Shown here one piece after another: positions 13,904 to 26,472 of a stretch of DNA of 64,000 bases. This DNA is from Paraspadella gotoi (lineage: Eukaryota; Animalia; Chaetognatha): contig CM119267.1 of the NCBI GenBank assembly GCA_051294375.1, positions 2,987,631-3,051,630 on the forward strand. The letters run 5' to 3'. Numbering within the stretch: the first letter of the stretch is position 1; each line of letters opens with the position of its first letter. Below the pieces are notes generated by a model, which saw only the letters and a program-made list of their open reading frames with translations, made no database searches and had not been told where the DNA came from. The translations under genes and the position numbers were made by a program.

Positions 13904-15459
13904 TTGATAACTCTGTCGGTAACCGAAATTAGTCTCCTCTTCATCAATGACGTAGCTCGCTTCGAGGTCGCAAGTTTCGTTCGAAATCTCCTCGATTTCC
14001 AAACCTATAATATAAATATAGTATAAATATAGTATAAATTAGAAGAATATTTTGCAAATTACGTTTCTCTTTCCCTTTCCCCGTTTGCCTATGGCTATGG
14101 TAGGTTAAGCCTGAGGCCTCCATCCCTCTCACAAGATAATATGGAGCTGGCAATATCCTGCAAGACACTCTCCGCATTCAATCAAGAATCTCTTTCACTG
14201 GTTTATTAACTCTCTTTGCTTTCCTTTCACATAAGTTTCAGTTGGTTCGAAGAATTACCAATTGTACAGCACAAAGGCATCAAAATACAAAGATGAAAAT
14301 ATGAAATACTTTAAAATAAGTATAACGATTAACCAATACAATGTTATTTATCGTCCTCCCTTCGCCCCCACCTTCTCGGCGCCATTTTTGGACGAAGCGG
14401 TTGTAGCAGTTCCTCATAGAGGGCGGGAGAGTCGTTGCGTCGATGGGCGGGAGTTTTATCCTTTCCGTTTCTCGGTCATAAACTCTAGAAGAAGAGGAGA
14501 AAATGGAGGGCGTTTTAAATATTGGATGAACGATAAAAACCGAAATCAATGTTAAATGATCTTACCGTAGTGGAAAATTCACCTTTGTCTCACTGGAGTG
14601 ACCCAATGATAATGCGGTTTCCAAGGGCGACGAGTGATGCGAAGTTCTGTCTCGCNNNNNNNNNNNNNNNNNNNNNNNNNNNNNNNNNNNNNNNNNNNNN
14701 NNNNNNNNNNNNNNNNNNNNNNNNNNNNNNNNNNNNNNNNNNNNNNNNNNNNNNNNNNNNNNNNNNNNNNNNNNNNNNNNNNNNNNNNNNNNNNNNNNNN
14801 NNNNNNNNNNNNNNNNNNNNNNNNNNNNNNNNNNNNNNNNNNNNNNNNNNNNNNNNNNNNNNNNNNNNNNNNNNNNNNNNNNNNNNNTTGTCTCGACGAA
14901 AAACCTAAAATTGGGAAGAAAAAAAAATTATGAGATACTTTAGTCAGCGACAAGAGAGATTTAGTTTTTCGTGGAGAGAGAGAGAGAGAGAGAGAGAGAG
15001 NNNNNNNNNNNNNNNNNNNNNNNNNNNNNNNNNNNNNNNNNNNNNNNNNNNNNNNNNNNNNNNNNNNNNNNNNNNNNNNNNNNNNNNNNNNNNNNNNNNN
15101 NNNNNNNNNNNNNNNNNNNNNNNNNNNNNNNNNNNNNNNNNNNNNNNNNNNNNNNNNNNNNNNNNNNNNNNNNNNNNNNNNNNNNNNNNNNNNNNNNNNN
15201 NNNNNNNNNNNNNNNNNNNNNNNNNNNNNNNNNNNCCGCCGTTGACCAACTCCGGCGTTGGAAAATGAACCAGATGTTCGAGGCCGAGTGGCGGCGCCAT
15301 GGGTTCCAAGGTGGCGACGCGTCGCGGAAATCCCCCGTGGCGTCGGTTCATGTTGGCGCGGATGTTGTTCAAAGTTTTGACGCCCATATTGACGCCGGCG
15401 AGAAAGTGAGGTTTGGCGGGCGCCGCTCCTCCGCCGGCGTCTTTTCCCGCGTTATTCAT
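13904..15459 (-). CDS. Hypothetical protein, at least 4 exons (noisy second copy at ~4631-6870)
   Basis: Exon 1 starts at aaaATG 15459 and reads MNNAGKDAGGGAAPAKPHFLAGVNMGVKTLNNIRANMNRRHGGFPRRVATLEPMAPPLGLEHLVHFPTPELVNG. The exon ending at 14566 (gtaag donor) joins in phase to the exon starting at 14484 (..VNFPLR|VYDRETERIKLPPIDATTLPPSMRNCYNRFVQKW..). The last exon starts at 14004 (ttatag acceptor), reads LEIEEISNETCDLEASYVIDEEETNFGYRQSYQ, and continues at 4703-4631. Confidence 0.55.
14100..14195 (-). mobile_element. Family A fragment in an intron (also at ~4905-5005)
   Basis: Diverged reverse complement of the core: aggcctccatccctctcacaagataat...ttcaatcaagaatctct. Confidence 0.6.
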
Positions 15460-17643
15460 TTTATCTCTTTTCGTATTTTTAACATTTATTTGTTTTTTTC
15501 GCTCAAATAATTCGTCAACTTTTTTTCTTCTCTTTATTCTGATTCTTAATCGGTTCGGGTTCGTTTCTTCGTCATATTCTTTTTTTTTTTTTTTNNNNNN
15601 NNNNNNNNNNNNNNNNNNNNNNNNNNNNNNNNNNNNNNNNNNNNNNNNNNNNNNNNNNNNNNNNNNNNNNNNNNNNNNNNNNNNNNNNNNNNNNNNNNNN
15701 NNNNNNNNNNNNNNNNNNNNNNNNNNNNNNNNNNNNNNNNNNNNNNNNNNNNNNNNNNNNNNNNNNNNNNNNNNNNNNNNNNNNNNNNNNNNNNNNNNNN
15801 NNNNNNNNNNNNNNNNNNNNNNNNNNNNNNNNNNNNNNNNNNNNNNNNNNNNNNNNNNNNNNNNNNNNNNNNNNNNNNNNNNNNNNNNNNNNNNNNNNNN
15901 NNNNNNNNNNNNNNNNNNNNNNNNNNNNNNNNNNNNNNNNNNNNNNNNNNNNNNNNNNNNNNNNNNNNNNNNNNNNNNNNNNNNNNNNNNNNNNNNNNNN
16001 NNNNNNNNNNNNNNNNNNNNNNNNNNNNNNNNNNNNNNNNNNNNNNNNNNNNNNNNNNNNNNNNNNNNNNNNNNNNNNNNNNNNNNNNNNNNNNNNNNNN
16101 NNNNNNNNNNNNNNNNNNNNNNNNNNNNNNNNNNNNNNTCTTCGTCGTCGTCGTCGCCATCGTCGTCGCCGCCAACGAAAATCGCAGACTACGCCCTCTA
16201 TCCCTTTGTTCCTTTGTTCGGATATTTAATTTATCGACCCCGGCGAATTATGCAGATGTTTTTAAGCACGAGCCGTATCTACTATTAATAGTAGCGATAT
16301 ATATATTCCGAAAAGACTATTGATGGTAATAAAGCCGTCTTTGTTTACTCCACGCTTTTGAAAGGATTTTCTTAATAATGTTAGAATTTGAAATTTCATT
16401 TTTGTATTCAATGATACTTGATACTTGTAAATTGTAAATTCCATAAATTAACTTTAATAACTAAATCGAGAAGACTTTTCCGCCTCGTTTCCGCCGTCAG
16501 TCGCTTTCCATTTTGCTGTAAGAAGACTGTGCGTGCTCGCCGCCGCCGCAGCCGCCACCTCCGCCGCCGCCGCCGCCGCCACCGCCGCCACCGCTGTCGT
16601 CGTCATCACTTTCCCTCGCTGGTGAAAAGTCGCATGTGGCTCATTCGGTTGGATTTAAAAAATATATAAATAATGAAGCGGCTGTCCTGTGGCTGTTACT
16701 GCGGCTGCGGTTGGTGCTGTTGCTGCCAGGTTCTAACGGCCACATTTGCGGTAACGCTTATCTTCTATGCAACATGAGACATGAGACAAAACTACAATGA
16801 AATATCTGAATATTAATTGGAAAAATAAATTATGCATTATTAAACCATAAAAAAGTATTGCTAAAATTGCTAAAATAAGACTTTATAAAAACCGTATCAA
16901 ATGATATGAGAAATAATCTAAACTGCTACAATATGTAAATGAGTGTGAAGAAATAAATCTTTGTTTGACGCTTGACGCTTGTACACTTTTGAATGATAAT
17001 ATTGAGGCGACATCGTCACAATTCTTCAGCTTCTCCTCACTTTTATTATTACTTTTCGTCTTCTACAGTATAATTATTAAAGTTTACATTTAACAACGAA
17101 GTAATTTAAAGAAAAAGTTATCATTACCAGCCACTGTTTTACACCAATATTTATTTGACGAAAGGAAAACTATCAATATTTCGAGGTTCTATATAACATA
17201 GACCAAAAAAAATCTTAAGTGACATTTTTTCCCCAAAATTTCGCAAAATAATTGATAACTTATTCTTTCATCTTTTTCATCTGACACTGACTGAATGAGC
17301 TGTCCAGGGCCTCAGTGTGTCATGATGACATACCTCGACGAGCGTAAAAATAATATGCAAAATTATTCAAAAAAAAAAAAAAAGAAAGAAAAAGAAAAAA
17401 AAGAAAAAAAAGGAAAAGTTCTCTGTGACAACCTTTGTCACATTTTTCACACTCAATTGAGAATCATCTTCATTTTCACGCCCGTCGTCGTCTTCGTGGT
17501 CGTCTTCGCCGTTCACATCGGCAAGACTGGTCCCGCCTAATTGCCATTTTTCAATATTATCACCGATCCTGTCATTAGCGTCGTCGTCATCATCGTTTCG
17601 CTTCTCTCGTTTCTCTTCACTTCACTTTTTCTTTTTTCTTTTT

Positions 17644-18003
17644 TTAGTTGCGCCGCGAGCAACTCTGTGAGACGCTTTTCGGTCGGTCTGTCGGTCGGTT
17701 GCTCGGTCGTTATGTCTATCCGTCAGTCTGTCCCACTTAAAAATGCTCATAACTCGCCTATAGTTGGTTGCTCTAAGACAGGTAAAAACATTAAATCTAA
17801 GTTACTGCTAGCGCCGCCTTCAGGAAATCCTAAAAATATAAAGAATAAAAGACGAAAATCCGATGCAGTGTGTATCATAAATACACGGGATAAGAAAGTT
17901 ATTGCAGTCATGTAGTCATGTCATGTCAAGTCATATCACTAGAAATAAACGTGATCAGGCAGTCACTGCGACGCAACCCACATTTGCATTTCCGTTCTTG
18001 TTT
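17644..18003 (+). mobile_element. Family B non-autonomous Helentron-associated element (DINE-1/HINE-like)
   Basis: It starts tttagttgcgccgcgagcaactct, has a (GGTC/GTCT) microsatellite, a 3' subterminal inverted copy gcgacgcaac (~17968) and the end ccgttcttg. Both flanks are T-runs. Confidence 0.7.
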
Positions 18004-18127
18004 TCATTTTTCTTGTTTCCTTCTTCTCTGCCTCCTCTACTTACTCCCTCTTCTCCTTCACATTTCTTCCTTTAATCTTTGATCTCATCTCCGTTTTATT
18101 ATATGAAATTTGTACAAACAATATAAA

Positions 18128-18400
18128 GATTATTCATTCATTTGATAAATGGTTTAAGTCCTCCATCACTCTTACAAGATAATGACATAGCAGGTCCCTT
18201 CAAGCTTTCAATCAAGACTTTCCTATCAATGAAGTGTTAAACCATTTCAACGACTGTTTCAATTGCAATATAATGCGTTTTATTTCGAATTCAACAAGGT
18301 TGATTCAGTACATACAGGAGCATCAAAAAAGCTAAGTCTAAAAACAAAACAAAGTTAAAGATTGCGTGAAAACCACCACCACAGACAACAAAGGTCCAAA
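18128..18400 (-). mobile_element. Family A variant with a different 5' module (module also alone at 46765-46890)
   Basis: The segment cctccatcactcttacaagataatgacatagcaggtcccttcaagctttcaatcaagact is followed by atgcgttttatttcgaattcaacaaggttgattcagtac..ggagcatcaaaaaagctaagtc. Confidence 0.7.
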
Positions 18401-18821
18401 TTAGGATCACTCCCTTATTTGATCTTTCCTCCTTTGATGGCGCCTCCGTTTTATTTTAATTATTCTTTCCTCCTTCCTCCCCATTATAATTTTTTTAAAC
18501 TCTCTTCCTTTGTTCTCATCAGCATTTTTTTTTCTAATCTCCGTTTTATTTTATTTAATCTCTCCTCCATTGATCTCAATTTTCTCTATTCTTTCCTTTC
18601 CTCCCTTTTTTTCCTCCCTTTTTCTTTCTTTATCAACTTTTTTCCTCCCATTTCCTTTCCTCCCCTTTGTATTTTTCTCTCTCTCTCATTTTCCACACTC
18701 CTCCTCCTCCTCCTCATCCTCCTTCGCCCCCCCTTTCCCCCATCGTCAACGCCATCTTGCCACGTGGGAAGAATTCTTCGTCCCTTGAATTCCATGCATT
18801 GATAAGTAACGCGTCGCGGGC

Positions 18822-18900
<79 letters not shown>

Positions 18901-19065
18901 AAGGGGGGGAGGAAGCATGATATGGTCGACGGACGACGCGCGCGAGTTTTGCGAAAGTAACTTTTCATCCGGTGAATTTTCTTTATGTTGTGGTCCGCAG
19001 GGAAGGGCCAGGGACCAGGGATGGAGGAGGAGGAGGGGGAAGAGGAGGAAGAGGAGGAGATGGAA

Positions 19066-19368
19066 ATTGAGCTTTATTTTCCTATTTTATCTTAAAGCAG
19101 GAATTAAGTTAATTTTTTTTTATTTAAAGATTGGGTTGAAGGTTAAGGTTAGGCATCGAGTTAGGGATTAGGTTCGTGGTTATGGTTAGGGACTTGGCTT
19201 GTGATTAGGGTTAGGGTTTAAGGTTACGAGTTTGGGTTAAGGGTTTAGGATTAGGGTTTAAGATTTGGTTAAGGTTTAGGATTAGGATTAGGAATCCGTA
19301 TTATTATTTAAAAAAGTATTTGGATTAAATATTAAAATTAAAATTAAATTGGGCCACTCTCGGAAATT
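19066..19368 (+). mobile_element. Family C MITE, degenerate, with a TTAGGG-like interior
   Basis: The left end is gagctttattttcc and the right end gggccactctcggaaa. The interior at 19135-19295 is a ggttag/ggttaa/ggattag array. Confidence 0.5.
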
Positions 19369-19975
19369 TGAAAGGAAAAAAGAACATAAAGGATAAAGGA
19401 AGACGGAAATAGCGAATGATTTTTACGAAGGTGCGGTAGGCGCAGAAAAAGAAAAAAAAAAGGAAAAGGTTGAGAAACGCGAGATGGATTTTCGCGAGAA
19501 TATGTAGGACTCTTGACATCGCGGACAAAGAGAGAACCGGTGGAATGTGGGGTAAGGACGAAGGAAAGGGAAAATTGGGGGGGGGTCAACCTTTCTTATT
19601 TAGCCCTTTTCTTACTGTTTGAGATCGAAGATAAAGAAAAAGGAAAAGAAAGAAAAATGGTAGTACAAAAATAAAAATAATATTGAAAAAAGCGAAGAAA
19701 GAAAGATAGACAGAAAAAAGAAAGAGAGAAAAAGAAAGAAAAAAAAACAGAAAAATTGTTCAAAACTCGAATTTCAAAATCGAATTTCAAATTTCTAGAA
19801 TGAATTCTCAGGACTTATCCTTGTGCTTTTTACTAAATTACTAACTAATCAATTTGACAATTATTGCGGGGTATGAGATATGAGATTCGAGAAGGAAGGG
19901 GTGACGACAAGGGGGCGTCGGGGGGGGGACAAAAGTGAGGGGAGGCGAAGGCGATTAGGAGGGGGGCTGAAGGGA

Positions 19976-20820
19976 GGCCTTATTTTTTTTTTCAGAACGC
20001 CCAGTTTTATCCGAATTTTGGAATTAAATTAATTTTTTAAATTAAAGATTAAATTTAATTTTTAGCCGTACGACGACGCGTTAATATCATTTGCATATTA
20101 GAGTTAATCGATTTTTATTACTAACCTTTTGACCCACCGGACCCACCGACTATGTATTTAATTTCCATTAAATATATGCCTGATCATATTTTGAAAGTCT
20201 TGTTAAAATCCGAATTCAGATTTAGGCTATTTTAAAGATTAAGGATTTGGCTAGGGATCAGGTTAGTGATTAAGGTTTAAGAGTTAGAGATTTGGGTTAG
20301 GAACTCGGGTTTAGGGTTAAATGTTTAGGGTTATGGTTCTGAATTAGTTAGGTTATGGATATAAATACGTATTTTAGATTAAATGAAATGGGTACAACCA
20401 ATATAAAAATTATCCATTCATTTAATAAAAAAGCTATCTTGCCCCTGACTTTGGACAGGCTTTGGTGGTTTTAAGGCCTCCATCACTCTTACAAGATAAT
20501 GACAAAGCAGGTCCCTGTAAGCTTTCAATCAAGACTCTCTCACAGTCTCGTTTATTCACTCCCTGAGTACCTGGCTTCCATATCAATAAAGTGGTATAAT
20601 GTTTCAAAGAATGTTTCAATTGTATGAAAAGACCACTCCCTTAAGTATTAGATCGGAGAATACTATATTGTACTCCGCCCAGCATCAAAATACAAGAAGC
20701 TGAATTTTATGAAATTGGTACAACCAATATATATATATATACAACCAGTAAAAATATTAGAGTTTAAATTAAATTCTATAATAAACCGACAGAAATGGGG
20801 AAATCTCGCTAAAGAGAACC
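19976..20820 (+). mobile_element. Family C MITE interrupted by a family A insertion
   Basis: The left TIR ggccttattttttttttcagaacgccc is followed by the family's subterminal sequence. A telomere-like tract lies at 20220-20355, and a diverged right end ..aaagagaaccc at ~20795-20821. Confidence 0.5.
20383..20730 (-). mobile_element. Family A, full unit plus terminal redundancy
   Basis: atgaaat(g/t)ggtacaaccaatat occurs at 20383 and 20709 (period 326). This is the cleanest copy in the window. Confidence 0.85.
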
Positions 20821-23044
20821 CAAAGTGGGGGGCGTGGGTAAGAGGAGAGAGGGACGAGGCAGGCTGGCGTCGGATTGAAGGCGTCCTACTCGATGATCTT
20901 TACAGGCGGGNNNNNNNNNNNNNNNNNNNNNNNNNNNNNNNNNNNNNNNNNNNNNNNNNNNNNNNNNNNNNNNNNNNNNNNNNNNNNNNNNNNNNNNNNN
21001 NNNNNNNNNNNNNNNNNNNNNNNNNNNNNNNNNNNNNNNNNNNNNNNNNNNNNNNNNNNNNNNNNNNNNNNNNNNNCATTCGGATACGCCGCGCCCGCCG
21101 TGGCCGCCGGGGCCGCTGGGCCGCTGAGCCGCCCCGCCGCCGGGCCGGTGCCCCTAGGGATATCCGGGTTTTACTGTAAATCCTTTCCTCCTGAGCCGAA
21201 TTTCGCTTCGTCGAATTCGTTGAAATGAAGGGAAGGAGANNNNNNNNNNNNNNNNNNNNNNNNNNNNNNNNNNNNNNNNNNNNNNNNNNNNNNNNNNNNN
21301 NNNNNNNNNNNNNNNNNNNNNNNNNNNNNNNNNNNNNNNNNNNNNNNNNNNNNNNNNNNNNNNNNNNNNNNNNNNNNNNNNNNNNNNNNNNNNNNNNNNN
21401 NNNNNNNNNNNNNNNNNNNNNNNNNNNNNNNNNNNNNNNNNNNNNNNNNNNNNNNNNNNNNNNNNNNNNNNNNNNNNNNNNNNNNNNNGGGGGGGAAGAA
21501 GGAAGAGAAGAATATGATAGGGAATTAGAGAGGATGAGGAAGAGGAGAAGAAAGAGGAAGAAAAAAAAAGAAGGAAGAGAAGAGGAAAGAATGAGAAAAG
21601 TAGGACTGGATTTAGTCTAAAAAAATTTGCGAATAACTCGATAAGATAAATTAGAAAGACACAAGTTTTTAATAATATATAATATATAATATATAATATA
21701 TAATATAATAACTCGATAAGATAAATTAGAAAGACACAAGTTTTTAATAAAGAGAACGAGAAAAGGGAAAGGTTACTTAACATAAGTAAACATTAAATTA
21801 ATTTTATGATTTTATGATATGATAAACGTCCAGTACTTTGCTATAAGATGGGAGGAAGCAAATTTAAATATATATCGCGAAGGGACGCGGGGTTGTGAAT
21901 CTGGGGAGGGGACGCGGTTGTTAGTGGGGATTGAGATGGTGACAGAAATAGACGCANNNNNNNNNNNNNNNNNNNNNNNNNNNNNNNNNNNNNNNNNNNN
22001 NNNNNNNNNNNNNNNNNNNNNNNNNNNNNNNNNNNNNNNNNNNNNNNNNNNNNNNNNNNNNNNNNNNNNNNNNNNNNNNNNNNNNNNNNNNNNNNNNNNN
22101 NNNNNNNNNNNNNNNNNNNNNNNNNNNNNNNNNNNNNNNNNNNNNNNNNNNNNNNNNNNNAGAGAGAGAGAGAGAGAGAGATCGTTAACGAGTGTCGAAC
22201 CGAAAACGAGAGAAACATACGCAATGAAGACAACGACGAAGCCAAAACTTTTATTAATAATAATATTATCATTATTTTCGAGTCACAATATGCATTCGTA
22301 GCATTCACAATTCTTTGTATGTAAATATTATCAGTATATTAAACAGTCTTATCGTTGCAACTAACGAGGTGGAGGAGGGAGAGACGGATTAAGAGTCGTA
22401 AGACGTAAACAGAGAAAACATATGGCGAAGTGCGTCGTGCGTAGTCGCCAACAGGATATTGTTAAGTGCACACCCTTGGAGTATGTACCGGAAATAAAGT
22501 ATTTCATTTAAAATATATTTATAGATTTTATTTATATTCGTTTATTCACGTATTGCTTAGCTACTAAGTACGTATAACAAATTTTCTCCTAAGGTTTTTC
22601 CATAGGTATTTATAATTTTTTTAAATAAAAAGCCAAGACGTCAAGATGTATTTGTTATAATTTTCCGGCTTAAATCTCGGTGTGTGGGAACGAAAGAGTC
22701 TTTGTTTTTTTGTTTCTCCGGAGGCAGCGCCTCTATCCGACTTGGAACAACTCTNNNNNNNNNNNNNNNNNNNNNNNNNNNNNNNNNNNNNNNNNNNNNN
22801 NNNNNNNNNNNNNNNNNNNNNNNNNNNNNNNNNNNNNNNNNNNNNNNNNNNNNNNNNNNNNNNNNNNNNNNNNNNNNNNNNNNNNNNNNNNNNNNNNNNN
22901 NNNNNNNNNNNNNNNNNNNNNNNNNNNNNNNNNNNNNNNNNNNNNNNNNNNNNNNNNNNNNNNNNNNNNNNNNNNNNNNNNAAAAAAAAAGAAAAAAAAG
23001 AGTCGATGAAAGGAGAAAGAACTTGAGTGAAATTCAGACGAGAT

Positions 23045-23081
<37 letters not shown>

Positions 23082-23211
23082 NNNNNNNNNNNNNNNNNNN
23101 NNNNNNNNNNNNNNNNNNNNNNNNNNNNNNNNNNNNNNNNNNNNNNNNNNNNNNNNNNNNNNNNNNNNNNNNNNNNNNNNNNNNAGAGGGAGACCGCAGA
23201 GAAAGAGAGAG

Positions 23212-23248
<37 letters not shown>

Positions 23249-23282
23249 AGAGAAGAAGAGAGAGAGAGAGAGAGGAGACGAG

Positions 23283-23329
<47 letters not shown>

Positions 23330-23598
23330 AACATGGACAATACTCTCTCTCCCTCTCTCTCCTTCTCCCACTGAATCGGCGACAAAAGAGAAAATTTATT
23401 CTCTCAGAAAGGGTGTGTCCCCGTGTCAAAGCCACGGCGGTCGCCCCGGGTTTCTTCACCTCCCCTTACCTTTTTCCTTACCTTTCCTCGTTATTGCCTT
23501 TTTTTTACTTTTTTTCCTTCATCTGGTTCTTCATCTCCTTTCCATTCAATATTCATGAAGCACGCCCGGTTCCTACGCTGCTCTTTTCTTTTCTTTTC

Positions 23599-23599
<1 letters not shown>

Positions 23600-23688
<89 letters not shown>
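23600..23688. repeat. (CTTT)n microsatellite (another at ~38210-38325)
   Basis: Direct inspection. Confidence 0.95.
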
Positions 23689-25487
23689 ATATACTTTGCT
23701 TGCTTGCTCCCTTCTTTTTATTCCTGTTACTTTCTTTTCTTTCTTTCCTTCCTTCCTTCTTTTTCTTTCCCTCATTCTCTCTTTTTATTTTATTTTATTT
23801 CCAACTCTATCGCCCCACGATTGCGCCTTTGCAAATTGCGTTCGGAGCCGAAGACAATTGACTCGACCCTTGAAACTCATGACTGTCGATTCTTCGAGAT
23901 GACAATTGACTCGTTTGGCTCGATTCAAACAAAATGTAACGATCATCAACACAAATAGAAAGATATGTAGATAGTAAATGAGTACATTTAAATGGATGCA
24001 TTGACAGAAAGATATTCTGCGTTATAACTAACTTTAATGTTTACCTTGAAACGATCATTAAGTATAATCTTGGGACCTATTTGTCGTTTTCGTTAAAATC
24101 TTGGTGTTTTAGTTAATAATTTACAGATGAGTGATAAACTATTCTGCCTGCANNNNNNNNNNTATTTGACACTAGTATAGTCACGTGATAATTTCGAAAT
24201 GCGTGAATTAACCAAATGTCACAAAATCTCGCTTTCTCTCACGGCGATTAAACTCGAACCAGTTCCATCTAGAAAACATTTGAAAAACAGATTTTTAAAT
24301 CGTAGTTTATTAAACAGGAAAAACAGTTTAAAATTAATTATTTAACGATTAATTTCCGCAGCTTTTTGCAACAGGGGGCGAGCGACGACGACGACGTCAA
24401 TGACTCCACGGCGCCACCTCAGCGATTAGGATCCAATCCTTGTGAAGACTCGAATGACGCGAGGATGACAACGGATCGTGTCGCGGCGCCGTATCAGACG
24501 CCGCGGCGGAGGCGGCGGAGGCGGCGGCGGCGGCGGCGTCGTGGCGGCGTCGTGGCGGCGGCTACTGAGGCGGCGTCATGGCGGTTCCGGTAGTGGCGGC
24601 GCTCAAACGGGATCTGCACCCGACGCCAAACCTTAATCCTTTTCCCGACTTTTTCTTTCTCTCCTTTGATTAAAGCAAATGAGTTTTTTTTCTCAGCCTT
24701 AGCTTCTTTTCATTCCTCATCTCTCTCTGCCTCTTGGTCAAATGGTCATTCTGTACCTTTCTTTGATAATTTTGTAGTCAGGCATTGCATAGGTTCATCT
24801 CGCCTATAAGCATGACATCTTCAGTCGTGACCCGCTGGCGATAGTCACTTAAAAAACGAGAATGACTCTGAAACTTCGTGTTTCAATCCTAACAATTCGC
24901 CGATTCCTTTCACATATCCAATCTTGAAATATCAAATTCTGACATATTTAAGCCTCAGCTCTTTCTCTTTCCCATTTAGCCGCTTTAGCTTTACCTCCAG
25001 ATCTCTCAGCCCAGGCTATAATCCGATCAGCTCGAGGTCCAGTTCGCTTTGCTCTAGGTCTATTCCACTCAGTTCTAGGTCCAGTTCACTCCAATACTCT
25101 AAGCTCCGCTAGTCCGCTCAGCTCGAGGTCTATGAGTTCCGATCAGTTTTAGGTCCCATAACCTCGTCTCTCGGTCCAATCTTATCGGATCTCGCTCCTG
25201 TTCTTTTAGCTCTAGCTCTCGTCCGCACAGTTCCAGATCTTCCTTCTTTCCTCCCTCGCTCCTCATTTTCCTCCTTTTCTTTTCCTTTTTCAATTTTCTT
25301 TTTGTCTCTTTTCGTCTTTCATGACTTTTGTTTATTCTTCCGTTTCTCCTTCATGATTTTTTCTTTTTTTTTCTTTTTCTTTCTTCTTAAATCTTCGTCT
25401 TCCTTCTTTAATCTTTGTTAACGACATTTCGTTATCCAGCTCGTTCGACATCGGCCCATTTCAAATCCTACTCTCTCTCTTTTCTCT

Positions 25488-25533
<46 letters not shown>

Positions 25534-25975
25534 TCTCTCTCTCCCTCTCTCCTCTCCCTTTCTCCCTTCTCCCTCCCTCCCTCTTTCCCTCTTTCTCTCT
25601 CCTCCTCCTCTCCCTCCCTTCTCTCCGCTCTCTCTCTCTCTCTTCTCTCTCTCTCTCGTCTCTCTCTCCTTCCCTTTCTCCCTCCCTCCTCCCTCCCTCC
25701 CTCTTTCTCTCTCTCCCTCTCCCTCCTCTCTCTCCCTTCCCTCTCTCTCTCCCATCCCCTCTCTCTCTCTCTCTCTCTTGCTTGGTCGTTATGTTAATTC
25801 TCGTTCTATCCATTATTCCTTTCCACGTCCATTTCACAGTCTCTTGCTCATAGTCTTCGATTTACTCTTCCACGTTGTTTCGTCTCCTCCCATCAACTTT
25901 TCATTCTTTTATTTTCTTTTAATTTTTCTAATTACCATCCTCGGGCTCGGTTCATCTATTTAGTAATTCCTTCAT

Positions 25976-26472
25976 TTTTAGTGGCGCCGCGAGTACTCGC
26001 GGTACAACTCTATAAGTGGGGTCTTGCGCTTGTTCCATCGGTCGGTGAGTCTTTACCATTTACATATTAAAAATGTTTACCTTTCATTTTTAAAAAAAAT
26101 TTCAAAGACTGAATTCCGATACAGTGTGAATCAAACGCTCATTAGTAGTCACGTGATCACCCAGAAATACATAAGAAAGAATGTTACGAGGTGAAACACA
26201 TTGGAATCACTGTTCTTGGTTTTTAGTTGCGCCGCGAGTACTCGCGGAGCAACTCTATAAGTCACTTTTCGGTCGGTCGGTCTGTCAGTCTGTCCCACTT
26301 ACGTTAAAAACGCTTATAGTTTGTTGCTCATTTGTTAAAAATCAAATCTAAGCGACTACTGGCGCCGCCTTTTGTTTTTAAAGAAATCTTATAAAATATA
26401 AGGAATAAATGATATCATAAGTAAAAAGAAAAGTAATGCGGCGCAACACCTTGGAATAACCATTACTTGTTT
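25976..26472 (+). mobile_element. Two head-to-tail family B (HINE-like) copies, junction at ~26222
   Basis: Each copy starts tttag(t/g)gcgccgcgagtactcgcgg, containing the perfect 16-bp palindrome ccgcgagtactcgcgg. The second copy has the 3' subTIR gcggcgcaac (~26438). The ends are gttcttgg/acttgtttt. Confidence 0.75.

Noticed and set aside
16673-16790. Cys-rich metallothionein-like peptide MKRLSCGCYCGCGWCCCCQV
   Set aside because: It is short, explained by a degenerate (GCT/GTT) triplet tract, and has no supporting gene structure.
19135-19295. True telomere or chromosome fusion site
   Set aside because: The repeats are short, highly degenerate and enclosed in TIR elements.
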